DNA from: the human T2T-CHM13v2.0 reference genome, Homo sapiens
Length of the DNA: 64,000 nt
Direction of reading: 5' to 3'
NCBI GenBank assembly: GCA_009914755.4
Contig: CP068257.2
Span: 27,616,001 to 27,680,000, forward strand
Within the stretch, counting starts at the first letter, position 1; every line of letters begins with the position of its first letter. The notes under the pieces are model-generated. The model had not been told where the DNA came from. It saw nothing but the letters and a program-made list of their open reading frames with translations, and did no database searches. Shown one piece after another: positions 1 through 14,325 of the stretch. Both the position numbers and the translations under genes were made by a program.

Positions 1-394
1 TCTGTAGGGTGTCTGTTTACTTTATTGGTAGTTTCTTTTGCTTCTCCGTATATATATTTTTAAAACATTTTGATAATTATAGTATATATGTATTTTTCCA
101 TGCCTTAATTTTATATGTATTTTCCATAGAATTATTATATCAGTATTATCATATCTCTGGGAAAGAGATAGGTGCCAAGATGGTTTTTCATAGATGCCTA
201 GCTAATTATTTGAAAGTATGATTTGTATATGATTTGATTTGGCAATGGCATGATAATTCATAGAGCTTGTCATCATTAATCCGGAATGCTATCTTTATTA
301 TATACTAGATTCTCAAAGGAATTTGGGTCTATTTCTATACTTTGTTTTCTTCTATTGGTTTATCTCTCTGGTGGTAGCAGGCAGATTTGTACGA

Positions 395-963
395 TGATCC
401 CTGCCTCCTGGTATTCATACCCGTGTGTAATCCCCTCCCCTTGAATGTGGGCTGGACCCAGTGATTTGCTTCTAATGAACTGAATACTGAAAAATTGATG
501 AGATGTCACTTCTGCAATTAGATTACAAAAACTGAGACCTCCATCCTACTGGTACTCTGTTGCTCTCTCTCTCGTCCTCTCACTTGCTTGCTCTGCTAAA
601 GCCACCTGCCATGTTGTGAGTTGCCCTGTGGAGAAACTCATGTGCCAAGAGAATGAGCAAGATCGCTAGCCAACAGCTGAGGAGGAACCGAGGTCATCAG
701 TTCAACAGCCTGAAAGGAACTGAATCCTTCCGACAACCAAGTGAGTGAGCTTGGAAGCAGGTCTTACCCTAGTTGAGCCTTGAGATGACTGTGGCCCCAG
801 TAGACACGTTGATTGCAGCCTTGTGAAACACCCATAGTCAGAGAACTCAGCTAAATCATGCCCTGATTCCTGACCCACAAAACTATGAGATAATAGGTGT
901 GTGTTGTTTTAAGCCAATATGTTTTGGGGAAATTTGTTATGCAGCAATAATTAACTAACACAG
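395..963 (+). mobile_element. ERVL-MaLR solo LTR, MLT1-like
   Basis: 3' end ...gtgttgttttaagccaatatgttttggggaaatttgttatgcagcaataattaactaacacag matches the MaLR LTR terminal motif (...gttttaagccactaagtttgtggtaatttgttacgcagcaatag..ctaatacag). The body resembles MLT1 LTRs. The 5' boundary is uncertain. Confidence 0.45.
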
Positions 964-2059
964 TAATCCTGCCACAAAATGCTTTAGTTCCTGTAGTCTT
1001 ATATGCTTTGATATTTGATAAAAATAGTTCTGCCTCATCTTATTTTTTCCACATTTTTTCCATTTAATCTTCCAGGCGAACTTATTATAATTTTTTCAAA
1101 TACCTCCCGAATTCCTGTTGCTTTTTTTGAATTTTTGAAAGTTGATTTGATAATTTTAGAGTTTTGAGTTTTTCTATATGGGGACATTTACTCAATTCTG
1201 CTTTTATGTCTCTTCAGTAAAGTTGTAATATTTTCTTTTTATTTGTCCTGTATGTTAACTGCTAAGATGATTTCTAATTATTTTTGTCTTGTTATTATGG
1301 GGTTTTGTTTAATCCTTTTTTTCTTATTATGATTTTGTAGATAGGTAAACTACTCATTTTTGTAAATAACATTTTTAACCAGCCACATTATTTTATCCTT
1401 TTACGCAGTCCTGTAATCTCCAAATTATGACAATTATGCATCTTCTTTTCTAGTACATATACTCTCCTTATTTATTTTTATTTGCTTGCATTAAATTTTA
1501 CTTCCAGAACAATGGACAATAATTGTGATAGCACCATTGTTTCGTTTGTGAAATTTGAATGGAAAATCGAAAGTTTACTGTTAAATTTGTTGCTAGCTTT
1601 TGATGTGATTAAGTGTAAGAACTGATCAATTTTGCTTTGTGTCAGAAATGGGTGTTGTATTTTATGTCATTTCTGCATTTATTGAGATATTTACCTGATT
1701 TTTTATGTGAACTACTAAAATTAGAAGTTATATAATAGATTCTCTAATGTTCACCAATGTAGCGACTACATAATATTTCATCAGGTGAAAAGCATTATAG
1801 CTCATATACCTATGCAAGCCAGTTTTTGCTTTTGTAAACACCTATTTGACAAACATATTTACATAGACAACTTTATCCTTTGTTAAAAATAATAATGGGT
1901 AACACATGGAAATGTCTGTATCTCAGGTACTTTACAATCTTTCTATTTACTAACTCATTTTTTAACAATTACAATCACCTTATGAAATAGGTATTATTAT
2001 GATATCCATTTTACAGATGAGATAACTGAGGCACAGAGAAGTTAAATAACTTGCCCAAG

Positions 2060-4341
2060 TATATTAGTCCATTTTCACACTGCTGATAAAGACATACCTG
2101 AGACTGGGAAGAAAAAGAGATTTAATTGGACTTACAGTTCCACATGGCTGGGGAGGCCTCAGAATCATGGAGGAGGTGAGAGGCACTCTTACATGGCAGA
2201 GGCAAGAGAAAAATGAGGAAGATGCAGAAGGGAAAACCTCTGATATAACCATCAGATCTCGTGAGACTTATTCAATACCATGAGAACAGTATGGGGGAAC
2301 TGCCCCCATTATTCAAATTATCTCCCACTGGGTCCCTCCCACAACATGTGAGAATTACGGGAGTCCAATTCAAGATGAGACTTGGGTGGGGATACAGAAT
2401 CAACCCATATCATTCCACCTCTGGCCTCTTCAAATCTCATGTCCTCACATTTCAAAACCAATCATGCCTTCCCAACAGTCCCTCAAAGTCTTAAGTCATT
2501 TCAGCATTAACCTGAAAGTCCACAGTCCAACTCATCTGATACAAGGGAAGTCTCTTCCACCTATGAGCCTGTAAAATCAAAAGCAAGCTAGTTACTTCCT
2601 AGATACAATGGGATACAGATATTGGGTAAATATAGTCATTCCAAATGGGAGAAATTGGCCAGAACAAAGGGGTTACAGGGCCCATGCAAGTCTGAAATCC
2701 AGCAGGGCAGTAAAATTTTAAAGCTCCAAAATGATCTCCTTTGATTCCATATCTCACATCCAGGTCATGCTGATGCAAGAGGTAGGTTCCCATAGGCTTG
2801 GGCAGCTCTGCCCTTGTGGCTTTGCAGGGTACAACCCCCCTTCTGGCTGCTTTCACGGGCTAGCATTGAGCGTCTATGGCTTTTCCAGGTGCACAGGGCA
2901 GGCTGTCATTGAATCTCCCATTTTGGGGTTTGGAGGACAGTAACCCTCTTCTCACAGCTCCACTAGGTGGTGCACCAGTAGGCACTCTGTGTGGGGGCTC
3001 TGACTCCACATTTCCCTTCTGTACTGCCCTGGCAGAGATTCTCCATGTGGGCCCCACCTGTGTAGCAAACTTTTGCCTGGGCATCCAGGCGTTTCCATGC
3101 ATCTTCTGAAATCTAGGAGGAGGTTCCCAAACCTCAATTCTTGACTTCTGTGCAACTGCAGGCTCAACACCATGTGGAAACTGCCAAGGTTTGGGGCTTG
3201 CACCCTCTGAAAACATGGGCCAAGCTGTATGTTGGACCCTTTTAGCAATGGCTGGAGTGGCTGTGACACAGGGCACCAAGTCCCTATGCTGCACACAGCA
3301 TGAGGACCCTGGGCCCAGCCCATGAAACCATTTTTTCCTCCTATGCTTCTGGGTCTGCGATGGGAGGGGCTGCCATGAAAACCTATGACATGCCCTGGAG
3401 ACATGTTCCCCATTGTCTTGGGGATTCACATTCAACTTTTTGTTACTTATGCAAATTTATGCAGCCAGGTTGAATTTCTCCTCAAAAAAATGGGTTTTCC
3501 TTTTCTACTGCATCATCAGGCTGCAAATTTTCTGAGCTTTTATGCTCTGTTTCCCTTTCAAAATGGAATGCTTTTAACAGCACCCAAGTCACCTCTTGAA
3601 TGCTTCTCTGCTTAGAAATTTCTTTCACCAGATACTCTAAATCATCTCTCTCAAGTTCAAAGTTCCACAAATCTTTAGGGCAGGGGCAAAATGCCACTAG
3701 TTTCTTTGGTAAAACATAACAAGAGTCAACTTTGCTCCCGTTCCTAACAAGTTCTTCAGCTCCATCTGAGGTCACCTCAGCCTGCTTCTTATTGTTCATA
3801 TCACTATCAGCATTTTTGTCAAAGCCATTCAACAAATCTCTAGGAGGTTTCAAACTTTCCTACATTTTCCTGTCTTCTTCTGAGCCCTCTAAACTGTTCC
3901 AACCTCTGCCTGTTACCCAGTTCCAAAGTTGCTTCCACATTTTCAGGTATCTTTTCAGCAACACCCCACTCCTGGTACCAACTTACTGTATTAGTCCATT
4001 TTCACACTGCTGATAAAGGCATACCTGAGACTAGGAAGAAAAAAAGGTTTAATTGGACTTACAGTTCCACATGGCTGGGGAAGCCTCAAAATCATGGTGG
4101 GAGGCAAAAGCCACTTCTTACCTGGTGGTGGCAAGAGAAAAATGAGGAAGATGCAAAAGTGGAGACTCCTGATAAAACCATCAGCTCTCATGAGACTTAT
4201 TCACTACCACAAGAACAGTATGGGGGAACCACACCCATGATTCAAATTATGTCCCACCAGGTCCCTCCCACAACCTGTGAGAATTATGGGAGTACAATTC
4301 AAGATGAGATTTGGGTGGGGACACAGAGCCAAACCATATCA
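2060..4341 (-). mobile_element. Full-length THE1 (ERVL-MaLR) element: LTR 2060-2412, THE1-int 2413-3985, LTR 3986-4341
   Basis: Both ends are THE1 LTRs in the same (reverse) orientation: tgtattagtccattttcacactgctgataaag...ccaaaccatatca. The ~1.57-kb internal region matches THE1-int (e.g. ccacctatgagcctgtaaaatcaaaagcaagctagttacttcctagatacaatgg). Total length is 2.28 kb. A 5-bp target-site duplication CCAAG flanks it at 2055-2059 and 4342-4346. The two LTRs are about 85-88% identical, so the insertion is old. Confidence 0.75.
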
Positions 4342-5244
4342 CCAAGTAAGTGTCAGAACCAAGATACAAATCAGGTAGACTGGGCCTTGTTACAAACTAG
4401 ACAATGGCCACTACCACAGTCAAAATATAGAACATTTCCTTCACACCAAAAACTGTCTTCCAGCATTTATGCATTCAGTTTCCTATCCTGCCTAGCTGCA
4501 GGCAATCACTGATGTTTGCTTATCTCTATAGATTAGTTTTCTTGGACTTTCCTGTAAATAGAATCACATTGTAAGTCTTCTTTTACATCTAACTTGTTTT
4601 GGTCAGTATAATGTTTTTCAGATTCACTCATGTTGTTGCATATATCATTAGTTTGTTCCTTTTCCTTGTTAAATAGTATGCCATTGTATGGATTTACCAC
4701 AATTAGTTTATCTATTCACCTATAAATGGACACTTTGTTGGTTTTTCATTTTTAACTATTATAAATATAGCTGCTGTGAACATTTGTATACCCGTTTTGT
4801 GGACATGTTATTATTTCTTTTGGGTAAATAAGTAAGTGTATAACATGTCTTTGCTTACATCAATACTGGAATGTCTTGACTTCTAAATTCTCATAACCAC
4901 TCTTCTATTAAATTTTGCTTGTAAAAATATATAAACTACTATTAAAATTTTTAAGTTAATTCTTTTCAGACTCTGTCATCTCAGTGTTGTCATCTATTGC
5001 TTGCATTTTTCATTCAGCTCACGGCTTTCCTGGTTTTTTGTGTGACTAGTACTTTTTGATTAAAACCTGGATACTCAGAACACTTTCATCAAAAAACAAA
5101 AATTTCACTGCTGCCTATTTATAGTCATTTCCCACTTCTGCACCTAGCCCCAGGCAACCACTGGTCTGCTTTCTGTTTCTATAACTTTGCCTGTTCTAGA
5201 GATTTCATATAAAATGAAATCATATAATATACAGTCATTTGTGA

Positions 5245-5545
<301 letters not shown>

Positions 5546-7489
5546 TCATTTGTGTCTAGCTTCTTTTACTTAGCGTAATATTGAGGGTCAGCCATGATTT
5601 TTCATGAATTAGTAGTCCATCCTTTTTATTGCTGAGTAGTATTCCATTGTATGAATGTACCAAATTGTTTACTTATTTACCATTTGGAGGAGATTTAGGT
5701 TGTTTCCAATTTCGGACTATTCTGAGTAATTCTGCTATGAACATTCATATTCATTTCTCTTGAGTAAATACTTAGAGTGAAATTGTTGGTCCTACTGTAA
5801 GTATATGTTTAACTTTTTAAAAAACTGCAAAATTGTTTTCCAAAGTGACTGAACCATTTTACATTCTGACTGGCAAGTGTGAATTTCCATTTTCCTTACA
5901 TTCTCCAGAGGTCGTTTAAGCTAAGTGTGCTGTATCCAATGAGCAATGATTCCTCCTCCTTCTCCTCTCCCCAACTCTTGTCCTCAACCTACTGTTTGCA
6001 TATACTGCATGGCATGTAGTTAAAATTGCCTACTTTATCCTGCACTGGGGCTTGGTGTTTAGGGGGAGTTCACATTCACTTGCCTACGGGTTGTAGATTT
6101 TCCCACACACTTGGCTGAAATTGGTTTGGCCTATTAGCTCTTTGATTCAGTGTTTTTTTCAGGTTCCTCCTTTTTTTGTACTACACCGTTTTCTGCTACC
6201 ACAATACTTCAAAATCTGACTATGTCATCTGTAATGTTTACTTTTCTGAAGGAAAGGTTCGCCACTCACTTCCTAGATAATATGCAATGATAAAAACTTG
6301 GCACAATTTATGACACTGGAACTGGCTACCGTTTTCTACTATGTGTCAATTCCTCTAACTCCAAGAACTGTTGTCCTCCTTTAAATGTATATCTTATGCT
6401 GTCCTAAGTTGGCTATGATGTTTGTAATCTGCTAGTACTTGAAGTAGCCATTGGGGCTTATGTAAGAAAGTGGCCTACTACTCACCTGTGGCAGATGGAA
6501 AAGAGGGGTACTGCTGCCAAAAAGCCCATCTGCTCCCATTGTCTGTGGACTATTTTCAAAGCAAGAGCTCATATGATTCACAGTCATCATCGCTCTAGGA
6601 AAATAAAAAGTTCAGCACATTGGAGCTACCAGCTGTAGGGGAGGGCATCCAATCACTTAGCTTCCCTATCCATTCTAGTGACAAAGGACGCTTTGAAATT
6701 ATATTTAACAAGATATATTATTTCAGGAAGTAACTATTGCTCTCTAAGCAGCATTTGCCTTAGCAGCCTTGAGCCATATGCTAACATATGAGTGTTGCAT
6801 AAGTTCATTTTGTGATCTTCGGTGAGTTAGATACTTTCCTAAATCTCCTTGTTAAAAATCTGTGAAATGGGGCTAATTATGCTAACACATCATGGCATGT
6901 TTGTAGGATTAGGTACTGACAAGATTTGTAAAGAGATTAGCCAATAAAAATCCTTACCATATATATATGCCTTCTATTTAGAAAAGATACCAAGTTCAAA
7001 ATATTTTTACTTATTACATGTACAAAAGAAATTAGAATCTTAAGCAAAGAGGCAAGGATGTGACCAACAGGTCACTTTTGAATGATAAAATTTTTGGTTT
7101 TGGCTTTCACATAAGTGCACAGACTCTGGCTTCTTCTTGCATATGGTAAATTGTTGTAAATGGTTTATTGAGAATTCTCAACATGATATGGCATAAACAG
7201 AAAACTTCTGTTTCAATGACTTCTTTCTCCCCAACTGCACTATAATTACCATCTCCTTTCTTGCTGGGTATATTCACTCTTACCAACATCTTGGTCAGAT
7301 TTTCTAACTTTTCGCTCTAGGTATTAGCTTGGACCTACTTAGGTACTTGCAAATTATCTGAGACTCTTTTACCATTGATAGGTAGTTTAGGTTTTCTCTC
7401 CTTGAGTCTGGGTGAATTTGGGGCTGCTTTAATCATCAGAGAACCACAGAAGTGATACTGTGTGACTTCTAAGGTTAGATCACAATATA

Positions 7490-7575
7490 CTTGGTGACAT
7501 TTGTTATATATTATATAATATATATATAAACTTCCATATATATATATACATATATATATATATCTCCTATTAGTT
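7490..7575. repeat. (TA)n / AT-rich simple repeat
   Basis: ttatatattatataatatatatataaacttccatatatatatatacatatatatatatatctcc. Confidence 0.8.
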
Positions 7576-8249
7576 CTGTCCCTCTAGAGAACCCTGACTA
7601 ATACAGCTACCACGAAAATCATCTGTGGTTTTTAAAAACCCAGTGATTTAACTTATGTGCATAATTAATGAATACCTATAATGTCCTGGGTGCTATGGTA
7701 GGCCTTTTACCTTTATTATTTAATCTTCATAACATTTATATAAAGCAACTTCTATTACCTGTCTCTTTCAGAGCAGGACACTGATAGTCTGGGAGGTTGC
7801 GTAACTTGCCTGAGTGGTGAAGTCAGGACTGCAGGATTTCTGTCTGACCTCGGAACCCATTGTCATTTCTCTATACCACCTGCCTCTTTGTTCAAGAATG
7901 TTAACATGTAATTCTCAAATCAAGTTTTTAAAAATACCTTGTTACTTAAATTGTAAAGTGGACAAAAGTCAGAGTTGCTGGAATTTTCCAAGGAAGTGAC
8001 CTTCATGTTTCCTATTTTGCCACTTTTCTTGGGGTAAATTTATTTTAAACTCCTCTTTAATCCTCACAACGTCCTTATGAAGTATGAAGGAGGAAAATAT
8101 CATTCTTTTTTCCAAGGACATTAGACTAAAGAACTTTAGAATGTGGCATAGTAGAAAAAGTATAGACTTTGGAGTCAGACAGAAGCTCTAATCCTGACAG
8201 ATGCTAAAAATCTAAGTACTTTCAGGAAACTTTCTAAATAGTGCTCTTT

Positions 8250-8543
8250 GGCCAGGTGCGGTGTCTTACGCCTGTAATCCCAACACTTTGGGAGGCCAAG
8301 GCAGGCAGATCACTTGAGGTCAGGAGTTCAAGATCAGCCTGGCCAACATGGTGAAACCCCTTCTCTACTAAAAATACAAAAATTGGCCGGGCATGGTGGC
8401 ATGCGCCTGTAGTCCCAGTTACCTGGGAGGCTGAGGCAGGAGATTCTCTTGAACTCGGGGGCGAAGGTTGCAGTGAGCTGAGAGTGTGCCATTGCACTCC
8501 AGCCTGGGCAACAGAGTGAGACTCCACCTCCCCCCGCCAACAA
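8250..8543 (+). mobile_element. Alu SINE
   Basis: ggccaggtgcggtgtcttacgcctgtaatcccaacactttgggaggccaagg... ending in an A-rich tail. A 9-bp target-site duplication aaatagtgc flanks it. Confidence 0.92.
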
Positions 8544-10020
8544 AATAGTGCCTTTACCTGTAAAATGAAAATAATACCACCTCCTTTATAGGATATGAGA
8601 CTTAATACAATATGATCAAACATGATAAGCGTCTGTCTTGGAGCCTAGTTCACAAGAGAAATCCATTAAATGTTAGTCCTTCTTTGCCTATTGCAGCCAC
8701 AATTATTTTACTAACCCTGAGACATTCAAGTGAGGCTGAGTATGAATCACACAGGAAAAATGCTAAGAGCTAGTCCTGTTTTGAGGTAATTTGATCAGTT
8801 ATACATAAAGTGATGCTGTGCAATGGTACTCACAAACATGGGACACCCCAAATCAATATGTTTAGTGAATATTTAAAATACAATTCCAAAAGTTTAGGAG
8901 AGAAGGGGCAAGAAGATACATAGATGATAGAGAATGGGAGAAACCTAGGACTTGTTATCGATTGCAGGAATTGTGATTTCTTTCTGTTGGAATGAGCCAA
9001 GGGAAGGGGAAGAAAATTCATGGAACAGGAGATTGGAATTTGGGTGCAGCCTCCTGGCACGTGCTCATCCTGTTCTTCCAATTTCTGGAGGCTGTGCCTA
9101 CGTGCCTTTTGCCTGTTGCATACCTCGCATCAGTCAGCTCTCTTTGTTTTATTATAGAAAATTGTGCAATCCTTTCTGGTTTGTTTTTGTTAGGATTTCC
9201 TTCCCTTTATCTCTAGCAGGAAAATATTATCCCTTGAAATTTCCTCTGGGACATGATTATTTACAGTAAACTACAATTTAGTGAATTCTTGAGGATTTCT
9301 TCTTGATGTATCCTCTTTTTTATTTTTCATTCTTAAATGCCTTTTGTTTTTGGCTGCTTCTCTCTTGAGTGTTTTGTATATATTTTGAAAAATACCTACC
9401 GGCAGCTTGTATATCTTTTTTCCAAAACCTCTCCAAAGTATTTAAGAAGATATCTTCCATATATATCTTTTGTATATACAAATATATATATTATTTACAT
9501 ATAATATATATTTCATCAGACATATAGTATTTGTGCATCATTATTTTTGTGCATCACAGCTTTATATCTTATATATTTAAGATAATAATCTGCATCATCT
9601 GGCTAGCTTCACTGCTCAGGGGATGGTCAGCTCAGTCCAGATCAGTGTAATCTCTTGCTCCAGTTACCAGATCAGCCTCCTGTCTAGTCTTCCTGGTCCT
9701 GGATTTGCTCACCTTCCCATCTTCCACACACTGAAGGCAGACAAGTCGTCTTCTGAAGAGAAAACCTGATCATATCTGCTTAGTATCTTTCAATAGGGTC
9801 ATCAGACTCAGGGAAGCATGATCTGGCCCCTACCTGTCTCTCCAGCCCATCTCATGAGCTCCCACCCCATTCTATGCCTGGCCATAATGCTGACTTAAGA
9901 GTTACCTGAAGAATGTTTTCCTCTTTCTCCCCTCCTACCCTCTGCACTTGTTACTCTCTCTGCCTTGGGAAGCTCATCTTCACCCTGTAGCTACTTTTGG
10001 CCTGTTTAATTCCCACTCAT

Positions 10021-10391
10021 TGTTTAGGACCTTTGTTTTGTGCTGCTCTAACAGAATACCATAGATGGGATAATGTTTAAATGAACAGAAATTTATTTCT
10101 TACATATCTGGAGGCTGGGAAGTCCAAGATCAAGTGCTTGCATCTGATTGAAGGTCTTCTTGCTGTGTCTTCACAATAGTGAGGCCCAGGGAGAGAGAGA
10201 GAGAGAGAGAGAGACCTGAACTCACCATTCTATAATGATCACACTCCAGCAATATGACACTCATTAATCCATTCATTAGGGTAGAGCTCTCATGCCTAAT
10301 CACCTTTTAATGGTCCCCCTCTTAATACTGCTAAAATGGCAATTACATTTCAACATGAGTTTTGGAGGGGGTAAATATTCCAACCATAGCA
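10021..10391 (-). mobile_element. ERVL-MaLR solo LTR (MLT-type), interrupted by a (GA)n run
   Basis: gtgctgctctaacagaataccatagatggg...cttacatatctggaggctgggaagtccaagatcaag...caaccatagca. The same LTR family recurs at 36001-36337 and 39610-39965. It reads as the reverse complement of the MaLR consensus. Confidence 0.5.
10187..10213. repeat. (GA)n microsatellite
   Basis: agggagagagagagagagagagagagacc. Confidence 0.85.
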
Positions 10392-11376
10392 AGACCCAAC
10401 TTAAGCATGACTTCTTTCTGGAAGCCTTCTCTAATGTCCCTAGACTGATTTTGTGCTGTTTTATTACTCCTATTTTCTATGCCTATCATGATACCATACT
10501 CTTTTCAAATTATTTGACTGCCACATTAGGGCAGGGCCCTGGCCTGATGAGGTACGTACTCAATAAATATTTGTTAACTGAGTGAGTGAATGAATGAAGA
10601 CAATGCCTTGAGGCAGTGTTGCTCAAAGGTTAAGGAAGCTGGAGTGAGGTGGTCTTGGTTTGGATCCTGGTTCTACGCCTAACTAACTGTGAGACTTCTG
10701 GCAAGTTATTGCATCTCAGTTTCTTAACCAGTAACATGGGGATTATAACAGGAAACATCTCATTGAATTATTTTGATTAAATGTTAATAGATATAAACAG
10801 AATGGTACTTACACAGAATACAGTTTCAGGTGTTAGCTATTATTATTATTATTATTGCCTAAATATTAATCTGGCAACTTAATAGCCAAAGTGGAGGCGT
10901 AGCACCTGACACAGTTTATGAGGAATCGTCCACTCTTAGCTCCATGAGGGATTCACAAGAATTGATTTTTTTAAACTGCTGGATTTCTACAACAATGTTG
11001 TAAATGATTTTAAAAGGTATCCTATATTATAATTTAATATTACAGTTATGGAGAAGACAACTCATATCATTGCTTGAAGGTTTTTAATATGTGCTGGATA
11101 AGTATGTTTTAAGGAATTAGCATCTATTATAGGCTGAATTTTCAGTTAACACAGTCTTGACGACAGACAGAAATCCATGTTAAATAACGTTCTCTAAAAA
11201 CTATATTTAAGATACCAGAAATTAGGTAGAGGAAACTGTAGAATTTTTCAAATAGAAAATACTGATTAAGACTTAGATGAAAACTGTTAGAAAGGTCATA
11301 AATTAGAGAAAAATCATGTTTCACTTGAGTCAACAACAATGGTGTGATTAACACTTTTTTTTACTGGGTCCAGAAA

Positions 11377-11457
11377 TGAAGGAGGAGGGAAGGAGAGAGA
11401 GAGGGAGGGAGGGAAGGAGGTAGAGAAGGAGGGAGAGAGAGAGAGAAAAAAAAAACT
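11377..11457. repeat. purine-rich (GGA/GA)n low-complexity tract
   Basis: gaaggaggagggaaggagagagagagggagggagggaaggaggtagagaaggagggagagagagagagaaaaaaaaaa. Confidence 0.8.
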
Positions 11458-11992
11458 TGGAAGGAGTATTTTCCATCACAAATTATAGGGAGTAGCTATC
11501 AATCACACTTTTTAAGGAAATCAAAGGTGGGATAAAAGTGCTTGCAGGGTCTTTGGATACAAAGATGGTGAGAAGCCAGATAAGCTTTGAGAAGCTCAAT
11601 CTTCAAATTACGAGATTCAGCATGAATTAGATTGACTTGAACCAGGGGAAAAACCAGGATTAGGTTAAGCAGTGATTCAGAAATGTTCAGTTAGTAACTG
11701 AGACAACTCTATGTAGGTACTAACATAAATGATATTGAATGTTTGAGTGTCATCTTCTTTAGGATTTATGTTTTTGTTATTTTGGCAAAATAGCATTAAC
11801 TAAATGGAAACCATACTGTATTTTATTTTCTTCATTTTAGTTACTTCTGCCCATAGCAAACAGCTTTTTGGATTGAGAGGCAGTGTTAAATGTAACATCG
11901 GCTACAGGAATAAACAAGAGTTCCTGCCCTTGCCTTGAGGCAGTGTAGCTTGAGTCAGACAGCCTGCGTCTGGGTTCTACTGCAAGTCAGTA

Positions 11993-14325
11993 CAGGCATA
12001 CCTCGAAGATATTGTGGGTTTGGTTCCAGACCACCATAATAAAGCAAATATCACAATCAAGCAAGTCATATAAATTTTTCCATTTTCCAGAGCATATAAA
12101 AGTATGTTTACGATATATTATAGTCTATTAGGTGTGCAGTAGCATTGTCTAAAAATGTACATACCTTATTTAAAAAATATTTTATTGCCTAACAAGGCTA
12201 TCACCTGAGCTTTCAGTGAGTTGTAATCTTTTTGCTGGTGGAATGTTGATCAGGGTGGTGGTTGCTGACTCTTAAAATAAGACATTTGAAGTTGGCCTCA
12301 TCAGTTGACTCTTCCTTTCACGAAAGATTTCTCTGTAGAAAATGTTGTTTGATAGCATTTTACGCACAGTAGAACTTATTTCAAAATTAGAGTCAATCCT
12401 CTCAAACTTTGTCACTGCTTTATCAGCTACATTTATGTAATATTCTAAGTCATTTGTTGCCATTTCAATAATGTTCACAGCATCCTCACCAGGATTAGAT
12501 TTCACTGGAAACCACTTTGCTCACCCATAAGAAGTAACTCCTTATCCATTCAGGTTTTATCACGAGATTGCAGCAATTCCGTCACATCTTTAGCTTCGAC
12601 CTCTAATTCTAGTTCTCTTATTTCCACCACATTTGCAGTGACTTCTTCCTCTGAAGTCTTGAACCCCTCAAAGTCATGCATGAGGGTTAGAATCAACTTC
12701 CAAACTCCTGTTAATGTTGATATTTTGACCTTCTCCCATGAATCATGAATGTTCTTAATGACACTTAAAATGAAGATTTTTTTTTTTCCAGAAGATAGTC
12801 AATTTATTTTTCCCAGATCTATCAGAGAAATCACTATCTATGGCCGCTATACCCTTATGAAATGTATTTCTGAAATGATAAGACTTGAAGATTACAATTA
12901 TTCCTTGATCCAAGGGCTGCAGAATGGATGTGGTGTCAGCAGCATGAAAACATTATTCTCCTGTACATCTCCATCAGAGCTTTTGGGTGACTGGATGCAT
13001 TGCCAATAAGCAGTAATGCTTTTAAAAGAATCCCTTTTTTGAGCAGTAGGTCTCAACAGTGAGTTGTGGGCTTCAAATATTTGATAAACCATGGTGTTAC
13101 CAAATATGCTGTTATCCAGGCTTTGTTGTTCCATTTATAGAGCATAGGCACAGTAGATGTAACATAATTCTTAAGAGCTGTAGGGTTTTCAGAATGGTAA
13201 TGAGCATTGGCTTTAACTTAGAGTTGCCAGCTGCATTAGCCTATCTTTTGAATTTTTGAAGCCAGGCACTGACTTCTCTTTAGAAGTCCTAGATGGCATC
13301 TTCTTCCAGTAGAAGAGTGTTTCATCTACATTGAAAATCTGTTGTTTAGCTTAGCCACTTTCATCAATGATCTTAGGTAGCTCTTCTGGTTAACTTGCCA
13401 CAACTTCTACATTAGCACTCACTGCTTCACCTTGTACTTTATATTATAAAGAAGGCTTCTTTCCTTAAAAATCATGAAGCAATCTCTACTAACTTCAAAC
13501 TTTTCTTGTACGGCCTCCTTATTGCTCTCAGCTTTCATAAAGTTAAAGAGAGCTGGGGTCTTTCTCTGGATTAAACTTTGGCCTGAGGGCATGTTGTGGC
13601 TGGTTTGATCTATCCAGACTATTAAAACATTCTCCATGTCAACAATGCATCTGTTTTGTTCTCTGATCATTCTTGTGTTCACTGGAATAGCATTTTTAAT
13701 TTCCTTCAAGAATTCTCCCTTTGCATTCACAACTTGGCTGTTTGGTGCAGAAACCTAGCTTCTGGCCTATCTTGACTTCCAACATGCCTTTCTCACTAAG
13801 CTTATTAATAATGTCTAGTTTTTGATTTAAAGTGTGAGATATGTGACTCTTCCTTTCACCTGAACACTTGAGTGTTGAACACTAAGTGTTCACTTGAACA
13901 CTTTGAGGCCATTGTGGGGTTATCAATTGGCTTAATTTCAATATTGTGTCTCAAGGAACAGGGAGGCCTGAAGAGAGGGAGAGAGGTGGGAAACAGCCAG
14001 TTGATGGAGCAGTCAGAACACAAACATTTATTAAGTTTGCCTTCTTATATGGGCGGGGTTTGTGGCATCCCCAAACAATTACAATAGGAACATCAAAGAT
14101 AACTGCTCACAGATCACCATAACAGATATAATAATAACGAAAAAGTTTGAAATATTGCTAGAATTACCAAAATGTGACACAGAGGCACAAAGTGAGCACA
14201 TGCTGTTGGAGTAATAGCATCGATAGACTTGCTCAACACGGGGTTGCCACAAACCTTTAATTTGTAAAAAGCGCAGTATCTGCGAAGCACAATAAAGCGA
14301 AGCGCAAGAAAACAAGATATGCCTG
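11993..14325 (-). mobile_element. Tigger1 DNA transposon (pogo/Tc1-mariner superfamily), nearly full length (~2.33 kb)
   Basis: Terminal inverted repeats caggcatacctcgaagatattgtgggtttggttccagaccaccataataaagc... (11993) and ...gcgcagtatctgcgaagcacaataaagcgaagcgcaagaaaacaagatatgcctg (14325). The element is flanked by a TA target-site duplication (11991-92 and 14326-27). The internal sequence matches the Tigger1 consensus in reverse orientation. Confidence 0.8.
12272..13730 (-). pseudogene. Decayed Tigger1 transposase (CENP-B/pogo-like) ORF remnants
   Basis: Minus-strand ORF fragments at 13419-13730, 12898-13134 and 12272-12505 lie in the Tigger1 transposase region and are broken by stops and frameshifts. 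No intact ORF remains. Confidence 0.5.

Noticed and set aside
2426-3985. ORFs of 76-191 aa inside 2599-3853 on both strands
   Set aside because: They lie within THE1-int, the non-coding internal region of a decayed MaLR element. Frames are fragmented and bidirectional, and I see no homology to a functional protein.
8234-8623. ORFs overlapping Alu elements, for example 8234-8623, 30668-30934, 58874-59164, 21151-21339 and 5303-5530
   Set aside because: Their translations contain the usual Alu-derived peptides (…[16 protein letters not shown]…, …[15 protein letters not shown]…). These are chance frames through SINEs, not genes.
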